DNA of 64,000 nt from Candidatus Borkfalkia avistercoris (GCA_019115995.1 DXCL01000026.1:159522-223521), one strand, 5' to 3'; positions 39,801 through 51,794 are shown, numbered from the stretch's first letter. Numbers and translations: made by a program. The notes: generated by a model from the letters alone, not told the origin.

Positions 39801-40892
39801 AGGCTTTCGGAAAGCGAAGCGATCTTCAAGCTTATGGACGAGGAGAAGATCGATTATATCGTTTATACGGGCAAAACGGATATGGCGTCGATCAACGATT
39901 ATATCCGCATGTACCATCACGCGATCCTGCTCGGCATCACCACGCTCACTTCGCTCGATACGGCGAACGCGCTGGCAGACATCATTGCGAGCCGGTTCAA
40001 CGAGGAAAATACGGAGCTGGTAGACATAAATCACCTGCGCAGCGCAAAGACGAAGATCTCTTTCCTCAAAATGCAGAGCTGCGGCAACGACTATATTTTC
40101 ATCGACAATATGGACGGAAAGATCACCTGCCCCGAATCGCTTGCGATCAATTTTGTCGACAGGCATTTCGGCATCGGCGGAGACGGGATCACGCTCATAG
40201 AGAAGTCGGAGATCGCCGACGCTAAAATGCGCATTTTCAACAAAGACGGAAGCGAAGGCGCCATGGCGGGCAATTCGATCCGCTGCGTTGCGAAATATCT
40301 GTACGACAACGGCTTTGTTAAGGATAAGACGGTGCGCATCGAAACGCTCAGCGGCGTCAAGGAGATGACTCTTTTCACTTTCAACGGCAAAGTGAGTTCG
40401 GTCAGCGTCAATATGGGCAGGGTCACGCTGGAAGGCAAAAAGATCCCGTCCACGCTGGAAGGAGAAACGGTCGTCGGGCGGGAGATCGAGGTCGGCGGGC
40501 AGAAGTACAGCGTTACGCTCGTAAACGTAGGCAATCCGCACTGCGTCGTGTTCTGCGATAAAGTGGACGCCGTAGACGTTGCGAACGTCGGGCCGCTGTT
40601 TGAAAACGCGCCTTATTTTCCTGAGAGGATCAACGCGGAATTCGTGCGCGTCGTAAACGATAAAACGCTGAAAATGCGCGTATGGGAGCGCGGCAACGGC
40701 GAAACGCTCGCCTGCGGAACGGGGGCGGCCGCCTCCGTCGTAGCGGCGGTGCTCGGCGGTTACTGCCGCAAAGATGAGGATATCACCGTTAAAGTGCGCG
40801 GCGGAGATCTGATCGTGCGCTATAATTCAGACGAAACAGTTACGCTTACGGGCAATACAAAGCTCGTGTACGAAGGAGCCATCGAATTCTGA
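36846..40892 (+). CDS. carB: Carbamoyl-phosphate synthase large subunit fused to a C-terminal DapF-like domain
   Basis: IGSGPIVIGQAAEFDY, two ATP-grasp domains, MGS domain; from aa 1071 (nt 40056) KMQSCGNDY, DRHFGIGGDG, GNPHCV, VWERG.GETLACGTG. Confidence 0.97.
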   Translation: MPKRSDIKKVLVIGSGPIVIGQAAEFDYAGAQACRVLKDAGVNVVLCNSNPATIMTDKALADEIYLEPLTLESIKRIIKKERPDSLLASLGGQTGLTIGCQLAKEGFLDQWGVKLIGTNVDAIDRAEDRELFKETMQKIGQPVVPSDIAYTVEECVAVADKIGYPVIIRPAFTLGGAGGGVAYNEKELRSISHNGLMLSPITQVLVEKYIYGWKEIEFEVLRDSHGNVITVCSMENFDPVGIHTGDSIVVAPALTLADKEYQMLRSASLKIITELGIEGGCNCQFALNPASFEYSVIEVNPRVSRSSALASKATGYPIAKVATKIALGYTLDEIRNDVTGKTFACFEPTLDYVVVKLPKWPFDKFLYAKRELGTRMKATGEVMSIGTSFEMAIMKAVRGAEISLSSLNLDKYEGKDLREELKKLSDERLFTVFAALKAGISVDEIFEITKIDRWFINKLNNLVQFEKRLASEKLTRALYDEGKRLGYPDKELEKLSGQKIPYHRKAVYKMVDTCAAEFSAETPYFYSTYDDHAHDEATPFIKESTKKRIIVIGSGPIRIGQGIEFDYSSVHCVWTLKELGYEVIIINNNPETVSTDFDTADRLYFEPLTPEDVQNVIDKEKPYGVVITFGGQTAIKLCNYLDKHGVRILGTSADSVDMAEDRERFDELLEKFGISRPKGLTVMTKEEALAAAEKLGYPVLLRPSYVIGGQNMTIAFTEGDISRYMDVILAQHIENPVLCDKYLMGQELEVDVISDGTDVLIPGIMQHIERAGVHSGDSIAVYPPYNLSDIMLDKIIECSTQLALSLKTKGLINIQFLVFHNELYVIEVNPRASRTIPYISKVTGVPMVELATKIMVGAKLKKLGYGTGLYKSSPYVAVKVPVFSFEKLNDVNSQLGPEMKSTGEVLGIGKTIEEALFKGLVSAGFKLCHPTKQKQAGVYFTVNDQDKFEILGLAKKFSDLGLNIYATKGTADTIRTLGIDVTTVDRLSESEAIFKLMDEEKIDYIVYTGKTDMASINDYIRMYHHAILLGITTLTSLDTANALADIIASRFNEENTELVDINHLRSAKTKISFLKMQSCGNDYIFIDNMDGKITCPESLAINFVDRHFGIGGDGITLIEKSEIADAKMRIFNKDGSEGAMAGNSIRCVAKYLYDNGFVKDKTVRIETLSGVKEMTLFTFNGKVSSVSVNMGRVTLEGKKIPSTLEGETVVGREIEVGGQKYSVTLVNVGNPHCVVFCDKVDAVDVANVGPLFENAPYFPERINAEFVRVVNDKTLKMRVWERGNGETLACGTGAAASVVAAVLGGYCRKDEDITVKVRGGDLIVRYNSDETVTLTGNTKLVYEGAIEF

Positions 40893-40908
40893 TCAAAAAA
40901 GGGTGCTT

Positions 40909-41532
40909 ATGCAGGAAGTTTTTTACGAAGAGAGTGTTGACACTCATAATCAGGCCTCGGCAAAAAGAAAGTATCTGGTCTATAAAATTTTTTCGATCAT
41001 TTCCGCCGTTTTTGCATTTATAGCGATCCTGAACGTGTTGTTCGGTATCCCCATCGATGAAGAGGTCGGCTTTACGACGGCGACCATCATCGCGCTCGTC
41101 GTTTGGCTGGTCATCGCGGCGCTCATGATCGTTCTTGCGGTGATGCTGGCGAGGAAAAAGCATGCCTTCTTTCTGAGCTATGATTATACGTTCGTTTCGG
41201 GCGATCTGCGCATATCCAAGGTCTTTAACAACAGGCGCAGGAAGCATCTGTATAATATCCCTACGGACAGGATCATCAAGATCGGCCGCGTCGGGTCGGA
41301 TTCGTACGAAAAGCTTAAAAAATCTCCCGACGTAAAGGAGGATATTCTTACGCCGAATACGGAAGCGGACGAAGATAAGGAATTTTTCTATGTTCACGCG
41401 CAGACGAACGTGGGCAAAAAGATACTCGTGCTGGAATGCCGTCAGCAGCTCTTGTTTACCGTTATCCGCTATATGAATAAGCCGAACATCTTGGAAACGG
41501 AATTCAACAAGAAACCGGGGATTTCGAGATAA
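40909..41532 (+). CDS. Hypothetical membrane protein (2 TM plus PH-like domain; DUF6106-like)
   Basis: Two TM helices then YDYTFVSGDLRISKVFN.RRRK. Confidence 0.7.
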   Translation: MQEVFYEESVDTHNQASAKRKYLVYKIFSIISAVFAFIAILNVLFGIPIDEEVGFTTATIIALVVWLVIAALMIVLAVMLARKKHAFFLSYDYTFVSGDLRISKVFNNRRRKHLYNIPTDRIIKIGRVGSDSYEKLKKSPDVKEDILTPNTEADEDKEFFYVHAQTNVGKKILVLECRQQLLFTVIRYMNKPNILETEFNKKPGISR

Positions 41533-41623
41533 ATCGAAAAAGAGCGGCTGAAAGAAATTTTAATAATTAAGGTTAAAGCGCCGCCGCGCGATGGAAGTGC
41601 GGCGGCGCGCTCTGTAAATTGCT

Positions 41624-42745
41624 ATGATCTATCTTGACAATGCAGCGACGACCCGCCCGGACGAAGGATCCGTACGCGAGGCGATGCGCTATATCGGGGA
41701 GGATTTTTTTAATCCTTCCGCCATGTATAAAGAAGGATTTGCCGTCCACAAACGCATGGACGAGGCGAGGAAAAATATTTTGACAAATATAGCCGATCCG
41801 TCAAAATTCGACCTCGTTTTCACTTCATGCGGAAGCGAAGCGGACAATCAGGCGGTCTTTTCCTGCGCGCGGCGCGGGAATTTCGTCACGACGGAGGGAG
41901 AGCATGCGGCGATCTATCAGGCGGCCGCGGAACTTGCGCGCCGTGGCGTTGAGGTGCGCTTTGCAAAGCTCGACCGTTACGGCGGCGCAGACGAGGAAGA
42001 CCTTTTGCGCCTCGTGGACGAAAAAACGTCGCTCGTGTCCGTCATTCACGTCAATAATGAAACGGGAGCGGTCAATGATATAGCTTCTGTCGCCAAAAGA
42101 GTGAAGGCAAAAAATCCTCGTACATTTTTTCACAGCGACGGCGTACAGGCATTCGGAAAGATCCCGTTCAGAATGACGGGCGAGATAGACTTTTATTCGG
42201 TAAGCGCACACAAGATCGGCGGCGTGCGCGGCGCCGGCGCGCTCGTGCGGAATAAAGCCAAAAATCTTTTTCCGTTCGTCTTCGGAGGCGGGCAGGAAAG
42301 CGGTTACAGAAGCGGAACGGAAAACACCTTTGCGATCATGCAGTTTGAAGCCGCCGCCCGAAAGAAGTTCAGAACTCTTACGGAAGATCTTGACAGAGTA
42401 AAGTCCTTTAACGGTCTTTTTCGCCGCGAGCTTGACGGGAAAATCTTTGCGATCCTTTCCGCGGAAAATGCGTCTCCTTATATTTTGAGCGTATCCGCGA
42501 GGGGGCTGAGGGGCGAGGTTTTGCTGCATATGCTGAACGACCGCGGCGTTTTGGTCGGAACAGGCTCCGCCTGTTCCTCGAAAAACCGTTACAGCCGCGT
42601 CATTCTGGCTTGCGGTGCAGACGAAAGAACTGCGGACGGCGTACTGCGCATTTCATTTTCCGCCGCGACGACGGAAGAAGAGTGTCGCGAAGCGGTCAGC
42701 ATAATCAACGCATGCGCGGGCGAGCTTGCGGAAAGAACGAGGTGA
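41624..42745 (+). CDS. iscS: Cysteine desulfurase (IscS/NifS family)
   Basis: IYLDNAATT, HVNNETG, HSDGVQ, SAHKIGG, RSGTEN, TGSACSS. Confidence 0.95.
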   Translation: MIYLDNAATTRPDEGSVREAMRYIGEDFFNPSAMYKEGFAVHKRMDEARKNILTNIADPSKFDLVFTSCGSEADNQAVFSCARRGNFVTTEGEHAAIYQAAAELARRGVEVRFAKLDRYGGADEEDLLRLVDEKTSLVSVIHVNNETGAVNDIASVAKRVKAKNPRTFFHSDGVQAFGKIPFRMTGEIDFYSVSAHKIGGVRGAGALVRNKAKNLFPFVFGGGQESGYRSGTENTFAIMQFEAAARKKFRTLTEDLDRVKSFNGLFRRELDGKIFAILSAENASPYILSVSARGLRGEVLLHMLNDRGVLVGTGSACSSKNRYSRVILACGADERTADGVLRISFSAATTEEECREAVSIINACAGELAERTR

Positions 42746-42747
42746 AC

Positions 42748-43902
42748 ATGGAAAAGGTAATTATAGTTCGCTATTGCGAGATCCATTTAAAAGGGAAAAA
42801 CCGTGGCTATTTCGAACAGATTTTTATGAACAATCTCGAAAAGGCTTTGAGCGGAATACGGCACGAAATACGGCGGCCGAGCGGAAGATACGTCGTTGAA
42901 AATTTTGACGAAAGCAGGACGGACGAGATCGCGGATCGCCTTCGCAAGGTGTTCGGCGTGCACTCGCTCAGTATCGGAACAAAGGTAAAAGCGGATATGG
43001 AGGAAATATTCCGCGAGATCCTGCGTATTTCTCCCGATTCCGGCTCGTTCAAGATACAAACGAACCGTGCGGACAAGCATTTCCCGCTCGATTCCATGCA
43101 GATCAACGCTGCTCTCGGCGGCAGGTTGCTGGAAAATAAGCCCGCTCTGCACGTTGACGTGCGCGAGCCCGATACAGTCTTGCATGTGGATATCCGCGAA
43201 AACGGCACGGCCCTCGTGTTCGAGGGGATCATTAAGGGTGCGGGCGGTATGCCCGTCGGTACCGCGGGGAAGGGCATGTTGCTTTTGTCCGGCGGCATAG
43301 ACAGCCCTGTTGCAGGCTATATGATCGCCAAGAGGGGCATGCGGCTGGAATGCGTCCATTTTCACAGCTATCCGTATACGAACATGCAGGCGCGTGAAAA
43401 GGTGGAGGAGCTTGCGCGCATACTGTCGGGATATACGGGCGGGCTTACGCTTCACGTCGTGAGCGTAACGCACATACAGGAAGAAATACACAAAAAGTGC
43501 CCGGAAGAAATGATGATCACGCTTCTGCGCCGCTTTATGATGCGCATAGCGGAAAAACTCTGTGAAAATACGGGCGCGCAGTGCATCGTTACGGGCGAGA
43601 GCCTCGGGCAGGTCGCGAGCCAGACGATAGAGGGCATGACGTCTTCCAATGCAGTCGTAAACAATGTTCCCGTGCTTCGTCCGCTCGTCGGCTTTGACAA
43701 AACGGAGATCATTGAACGCGCGCGAGAGATCGGCACCTATGAGACGTCGGTGCTTCCTTACGAAGACTGCTGCACCGTGTTCTTGCCCAAACACCCGCTG
43801 ATCAAGCCGAAGCTTGAAAAGGTTGAACAGGCAGAGGCGGCGTTAGATGTAAACGGGCTGATAACCGAAGCCTTTTCCTCCATGGAAACGCTTACAATTT
43901 GA
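42748..43902 (+). CDS. thiI: tRNA 4-thiouridine synthase
   Basis: LKGKNR, THUMP domain, LLSGGIDSPVA, GESLGQVASQT, PYEDCCT; start at ATG 42748. Confidence 0.97.
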   Translation: MEKVIIVRYCEIHLKGKNRGYFEQIFMNNLEKALSGIRHEIRRPSGRYVVENFDESRTDEIADRLRKVFGVHSLSIGTKVKADMEEIFREILRISPDSGSFKIQTNRADKHFPLDSMQINAALGGRLLENKPALHVDVREPDTVLHVDIRENGTALVFEGIIKGAGGMPVGTAGKGMLLLSGGIDSPVAGYMIAKRGMRLECVHFHSYPYTNMQAREKVEELARILSGYTGGLTLHVVSVTHIQEEIHKKCPEEMMITLLRRFMMRIAEKLCENTGAQCIVTGESLGQVASQTIEGMTSSNAVVNNVPVLRPLVGFDKTEIIERAREIGTYETSVLPYEDCCTVFLPKHPLIKPKLEKVEQAEAALDVNGLITEAFSSMETLTI

Positions 43903-43964
43903 CCTCATGTCCTTCATATAAAAAATTGTGCGTGTTTTCCTCACTTTTTTGATTGTATTCCATA

Positions 43965-43993
43965 TTGCATTCCAAAAGGCGGCGCGGTATAAT
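43965..43993 (+). promoter_or_regulatory. sigma-A promoter of the DUF4965-GH2 genes
   Basis: TTGCAT-17-TATAAT. Confidence 0.7.
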
Positions 43994-44026
43994 ATTTCAT
44001 GATAAAGATAAAAAGGGGTTTTTATT

Positions 44027-46045
44027 ATGAAAAGACTTTTACCTGCCTACCCGCTGTGGGTCATCGATCCCATGTTTTCCGTCTGGTCGCCGAGCGATGA
44101 GCTGAACGGCGGCGATACGATATTCTGGACGGGAAAGACAAGAAAGACTTTCGGTCTTGTCAGATTTGACGGCAAAACATATTCTTTTTTGGGGAGAATG
44201 CCCGGAACGGACGCGCTGAAACAGGAGCATGTTTCCGTCAGCGTATACTCGACAGATTTTACTTTTTCCTGCGATAAATTTCAATTGAAGGTATCCTTTA
44301 TATCGCCTTTGCCTCCGGAAGATCCCGAGATTCTGTCTTGCCCGGTCTGTTATACGGAATACGAGATCGTTCCGCAGTGCGGGCGGCTTCCCGAAGATTT
44401 TTCCGTTGCGATCGTTTTGGACGAGGGGTATTGCTACGAGGAAGCCGACGGCGTGACGGGCGGCGTTATCCCGATGCAGGGGTATGAAGCCGCATGGTTT
44501 TCGCGGCGCAGGAATCTCGTCATGTCTAATACGAACGATTGCGTCGCGCCCGACTGGGGAGATACGTACGTAGCGGGCGGCGAGGCATGGTATATCCCTT
44601 CTTCCGCATTGGATAAATATGTGCAGAGCGGTGTTGCGGAATATCTGCATATCAACAACGAGCGGCATTATATCATGGCGGTCGAAAAGGGCGCGAAGGG
44701 TCGGTTTATGACCGCGTTCGACGACAGGATATCTGTCTTTTATTTCGGCGAATGGCTGAAAGGTTATTTCTTCAAGGACGGGCGCACCGTTCTCGACGCC
44801 TTGGATTTTGCGAGGGATAAGCACGACGAAATTTTGCGGAAGCTCACTGCTTTCGATAAAAAATTCAGGCACGATTGCGAGGAGATAGGCAAAGACTATT
44901 ATCTGCTTGCGTGCGCGGCGTTCAGGCAGTCGGTCGGGGCGCACAAGCTTGTAGAAAACAAAAAGGGAGAGCTTTTGTTCCTCTCCAAAGAATGCAATTC
45001 AAACGGGTGTATCGGTACGGCGGACGTAAGCTATCCGTCCATTCCGTTATATTTGCTGTATAATCCGGAGCTTGTAAAGGGAATGCTGCGTGGCATCTTT
45101 ACGTTTGCGCGCATGCCTGTCTGGAAATTTGATTTTGCGCCGCACGACATCGGCACGTATCCGTATTGCTGCGGACAGGTATACGGTATGAACTGGTCGC
45201 AGGATAAGTACAACTGCGGCAATGCGGCGGGTTGGGGCGACGGCATGTATACGCACCCGATGCTGTATCAGCGCCCCGCAACATGCGACATATACGACTT
45301 CAACTATCAGATGCCCGTGGAAGAATGCGGCAACATGATCGTGATGACTGCTGCCGCGTGCGTTGCGAGCGGAGATTACGCCATCGCGGAGGAGAATTTT
45401 GATCTCCTCGAAAAGTGGGTCATTTACCTGGAAAAATTCGGGCTTAAACCGGAAAATCAGCTCTGCACGGACGATTTTGCGGGGCATCTCGCGAACAATA
45501 TCAACCTTGCGATCAAGGCGATCGTGGGAATAGAGAGTTTCGCGCTCCTTTGCGAAAAGCTCTCGAAAAAAGGAGCGGATAAATATTACGCGCTCGCAGC
45601 CGACTATGCCGTAAAGCTGAAAGAAATGGCGGGCAGCGGGATCCTGCCCCTTGCGTACGGGCAGAAAGATACGTATTCGCTCAAATATAATATGCTCTTC
45701 GACAAGCTGTTTGGCTTCGGGCTTTTTGAGGGCGCGCTCTGCGAGCGGGAAACGGAATACTATATTTCCAAAAACAACCGCTACGGCGTGCCGCTCGATA
45801 CGCGTGCAGATTATACGAAGTCTGACTGGATACTGTGGTGCGCGGCCCTTACGGACGATAAAAACAAGGCGGAAGCGCTGTATGCGCCCATCGTTACGTA
45901 TCTTTCCGAAACGCCTACCCGTCTGCCTTTCAGCGACTGGTACGGCACGAAGGACGGCAAGTGCGTACATTTCTACAACAGAACGGTGCAGGGTGGCATT
46001 CTGGTGCTGCTGCTGAAAAGATCCGGCATCATGAAGGTCAAATAA
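44027..46045 (+). CDS. DUF4964/DUF5127/DUF4965 'glutaminase A-like' six-hairpin protein, probable glycosidase
   Basis: PAYPL..IDP.FSVWS, SKECNSNGCIGTADVSYP, APHDIGTYP, MPVEECGNM, QLCTDDFAGH, RYGVPLDTR..YTKSDW. Confidence 0.85.
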   Translation: MKRLLPAYPLWVIDPMFSVWSPSDELNGGDTIFWTGKTRKTFGLVRFDGKTYSFLGRMPGTDALKQEHVSVSVYSTDFTFSCDKFQLKVSFISPLPPEDPEILSCPVCYTEYEIVPQCGRLPEDFSVAIVLDEGYCYEEADGVTGGVIPMQGYEAAWFSRRRNLVMSNTNDCVAPDWGDTYVAGGEAWYIPSSALDKYVQSGVAEYLHINNERHYIMAVEKGAKGRFMTAFDDRISVFYFGEWLKGYFFKDGRTVLDALDFARDKHDEILRKLTAFDKKFRHDCEEIGKDYYLLACAAFRQSVGAHKLVENKKGELLFLSKECNSNGCIGTADVSYPSIPLYLLYNPELVKGMLRGIFTFARMPVWKFDFAPHDIGTYPYCCGQVYGMNWSQDKYNCGNAAGWGDGMYTHPMLYQRPATCDIYDFNYQMPVEECGNMIVMTAAACVASGDYAIAEENFDLLEKWVIYLEKFGLKPENQLCTDDFAGHLANNINLAIKAIVGIESFALLCEKLSKKGADKYYALAADYAVKLKEMAGSGILPLAYGQKDTYSLKYNMLFDKLFGFGLFEGALCERETEYYISKNNRYGVPLDTRADYTKSDWILWCAALTDDKNKAEALYAPIVTYLSETPTRLPFSDWYGTKDGKCVHFYNRTVQGGILVLLLKRSGIMKVK

Positions 46046-48998
<2,953 letters not shown>

Positions 48999-49031
48999 AG
49001 CTGATGGAGTGAACGATAACGGAGGTCTTTT

Positions 49032-50570
49032 ATGGACGGCAAATTGCTCGTTGAAAGGTTATTGAAGTATGCGGAAACATTTTTGAGCTTGAATAAAAAC
49101 GATCGCGACTATATGCGAAACGTTTTGCTTTCTCGCTTCGGGCTGTATGAGGCGTTCGAGGGGGAGGCAGAGGTCTCCGACATCGCAAAAATGGACGTTC
49201 CCGATGCGCTCGGAGAGGAGATCAGAGAATATGCATTGGAGAACGGGCTTGCCGACGAAGACAGCGCGGAGCGCTTTGTCGCCGATATTTTCGGTATCCT
49301 TACGCCGATGCCCTCCGTTATCAACGAAAAATTTGAAGAGATCAAAAAAAGCAAGGGCGCGCAGCCCGCTTGCGACTGGCTGTACGCGCTCTGCGTGAAG
49401 AACGGATACATACAGAAAACGGCGATCGCCCGCAATCTGAAATGGGACTATCAGGACGGCAAAAACCGTTTGGAGATCACGGTCAATCTGTCAAAGCCGG
49501 AAAAGAACAATAAGGATATTGCAAAACTGCTTACGGCGCCGCAGGGGAAAAAGTATCCCAAGTGCCAGCTTTGCAAAGAAAACGAGGGATTCGAAGGCAC
49601 CGCAACGCACCCCGCGCGCAGGAACCTTCGCACCGTTAAGGTAAAATTGGGCGGTGAAGACTGGTTTGTACAGTATTCCCCGTATGCGTATTACGACGAG
49701 CATTGCATTGCCATCAACGAAAAGCACGTTCCGATGGACGTGAACGAAAAGACGCCGGCAAAGCTTCTCGATTTTGTCGACGCGTTCCCGAACTATTTTA
49801 TCGGCAGCAATGCTTCGCTTCCCATCGTAGGCGGGTCGATCCTCAATCACGAGCATTTTCAAGGCGGCTTGCATCTGATGCCGATGCACGGAGCAGGTTA
49901 TGCGAAAATGTACCGCTCCGAGGAATATCCCGATCTGGAAATAGGCGCTTTGGACTGGTATAACAGCGCGATCCGTTTCGAAGGCGAAAACAGGGAACAC
50001 GTGGAGGCGTTTGCCGCAAAGGTCATTGCCGCATGGAAGGAATTTTCCTGCCCGGAATGTGACATAATCAACCGAACGGGCGAAACGCGGCACAATGCCG
50101 TATCTCCCATCGCGCGCAAGATCGGCGGCCGGTATTCGATCACTATGATCCTGCGCAACAACCGTACGGACGAGCGTTTTCCCGACGGAATTTTCCATGT
50201 GCACCCGGAGTACCAGAACATCAAGAGTGAAGGCATCGGGCTGATCGAGGCGATGGGGTTGTTTATTTTACCGGGCCGCTTGAAGAGACAGCTGGAAGGC
50301 ATTGCAAAGATACTGTGCGGAGAAGCTCCCTATGATGCGGCTTCGCTCGAAGACAAGTCGAACGATTTGTACGTGCATCGCCATATGATCGCAAAGCTGA
50401 TGGCAGAGGGTAAAGCCAAAAACATGGAGCAGGCGAACAGGCGCTGCGAAGATTACGTCAATAAAGTCTGTGCGGCGATCCTCGACAATACGGCGGTGTT
50501 CAAAAAGGACGAAACGGGCAAAGCCGGCTTCGGCAAATTTATGAAGCAATTATCTTTGAAGGAGATCTGA
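49032..50570 (+). CDS. galT: Galactose-1-phosphate uridylyltransferase (class II)
   Basis: LEITVNLSKPEK, YPKCQLC.ENEG, QYSPY.YY.EHCI, PIVGGSILNHEHFQGG, IGLIEAMGL.ILPGRL. Confidence 0.95.
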   Translation: MDGKLLVERLLKYAETFLSLNKNDRDYMRNVLLSRFGLYEAFEGEAEVSDIAKMDVPDALGEEIREYALENGLADEDSAERFVADIFGILTPMPSVINEKFEEIKKSKGAQPACDWLYALCVKNGYIQKTAIARNLKWDYQDGKNRLEITVNLSKPEKNNKDIAKLLTAPQGKKYPKCQLCKENEGFEGTATHPARRNLRTVKVKLGGEDWFVQYSPYAYYDEHCIAINEKHVPMDVNEKTPAKLLDFVDAFPNYFIGSNASLPIVGGSILNHEHFQGGLHLMPMHGAGYAKMYRSEEYPDLEIGALDWYNSAIRFEGENREHVEAFAAKVIAAWKEFSCPECDIINRTGETRHNAVSPIARKIGGRYSITMILRNNRTDERFPDGIFHVHPEYQNIKSEGIGLIEAMGLFILPGRLKRQLEGIAKILCGEAPYDAASLEDKSNDLYVHRHMIAKLMAEGKAKNMEQANRRCEDYVNKVCAAILDNTAVFKKDETGKAGFGKFMKQLSLKEI

Positions 50571-50573
50571 AAA

Positions 50574-51590
50574 ATGAAAAATATTCTCGTAACGGGCGGA
50601 GCCGGCTATATCGGCAGCCATACTTGCATCGAACTGATAAAAGCGGGCTATGGCGTGGTCGTGGTCGACAATTTGGTCAATAGCAAGTACGAAGCGATCC
50701 GCAGGGTAGAAAAGATCGTGGGGCAGCCGATCAAATTTTATGAAAACGATATCCTCGACGCCGCCGCGCTCGATAAGATCTTTACCGAAAATAAGATCGA
50801 TGCGGTCATCAATTTTGCGGGGCTGAAAGCGGTAGGCGAGTCTGTGCAGAAGCCGCTCGAATATTATCATAACAACATCACGGGCGTGCTCGTATTGCTC
50901 GATGCGATGCGCAGATACGGCTGTAAGAACATCGTGTTTTCCTCCTCGGCCACCGTTTACGGCAATCCGCATACGGTGCCGATCAAAGAGGATTTTCCGC
51001 TTTCCGCAACAAATCCTTACGGTAGGACAAAGCTTTTCATCGAAGATATTTTGCGCGATCTCTATAAATCGGACAATACTTTTAATATAGCGATCCTTCG
51101 GTATTTCAATCCCGTGGGGGCGCATGAATCGGGGCTGATCGGGGAAGACCCGAACGGTATCCCCAACAATCTCTGCCCGTACATTACGAAGGTCGCGGTA
51201 GGGAAGCTCGACAAAGTGCGCGTTTTCGGAAACGATTATCCCACGCCCGACGGAACGGGGGTGCGCGATTATATCCACGTATGCGACCTCGCGGTCGGGC
51301 ACGTGCTCGCGCTGAAAAAGCTCTTTGAAAATTCGGGCCTTTATACCGTGAACCTCGGCACGGGGGTAGGATACAGCGTTCTCGACGTGATCAAGGCGTT
51401 TTCCAAGGCGCTCGGCAGGGAGATCCCTTATGAGTTCGCGCCCCGCCGCGCTGGTGACATTCCCGAATGCTATGCCGATCCGTCTTATGCGGAAAAATTG
51501 ATCGGTTTCAAAACGACGCGTACGCTCGACGATATGTGCAGAGACGCTCTCAATTTTCAATTGAAGAACCCGAACGGGTACGAAAACTGA
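50574..51590 (+). CDS. galE: UDP-glucose 4-epimerase
   Basis: TGGAGYIGSH, KAVGESV, FSSSATVYG, YGRTK, LRYFNP, DGTGVRDYIHV. Confidence 0.98.
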   Translation: MKNILVTGGAGYIGSHTCIELIKAGYGVVVVDNLVNSKYEAIRRVEKIVGQPIKFYENDILDAAALDKIFTENKIDAVINFAGLKAVGESVQKPLEYYHNNITGVLVLLDAMRRYGCKNIVFSSSATVYGNPHTVPIKEDFPLSATNPYGRTKLFIEDILRDLYKSDNTFNIAILRYFNPVGAHESGLIGEDPNGIPNNLCPYITKVAVGKLDKVRVFGNDYPTPDGTGVRDYIHVCDLAVGHVLALKKLFENSGLYTVNLGTGVGYSVLDVIKAFSKALGREIPYEFAPRRAGDIPECYADPSYAEKLIGFKTTRTLDDMCRDALNFQLKNPNGYEN

Positions 51591-51604
51591 AATTAATTGT
51601 TCGC

Positions 51605-51640
51605 AAAGGCGGGAACATATATTGTTTGCCGCCTTTATTC
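51605..51640 (+). terminator. Probable intrinsic terminator after galE
   Basis: aaaggcgggaaca-tatat-tgtttgccgccttt followed by T-rich tail. Confidence 0.7.
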
Positions 51641-51720
51641 TTTGTTTTGTGCGTTTTAAACGCATGCTGAAAATTATATAAAAAAATGTAGTCGGAAAGA
51701 GAAATTTTCGCGCTATAAAA

Positions 51721-51749
51721 TTGCTATTTTTGCAATTTTCATGTATAAT
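51721..51749 (+). promoter_or_regulatory. sigma-A promoter of the decarboxylase operon
   Basis: TTGCTA-17-TATAAT. Confidence 0.7.
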
Positions 51750-51794
51750 TAAGTAGATACGATTTGAATAATAAACCGCGTTTCGGAGGTTTTA

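Noticed and set aside
36816-40541. 1241-aa ORF antisense to carB
   Set aside because: Shadow ORF of a codon-biased gene (rare TTA/CTA/TCA codons give few antisense stops); no recognisable motifs
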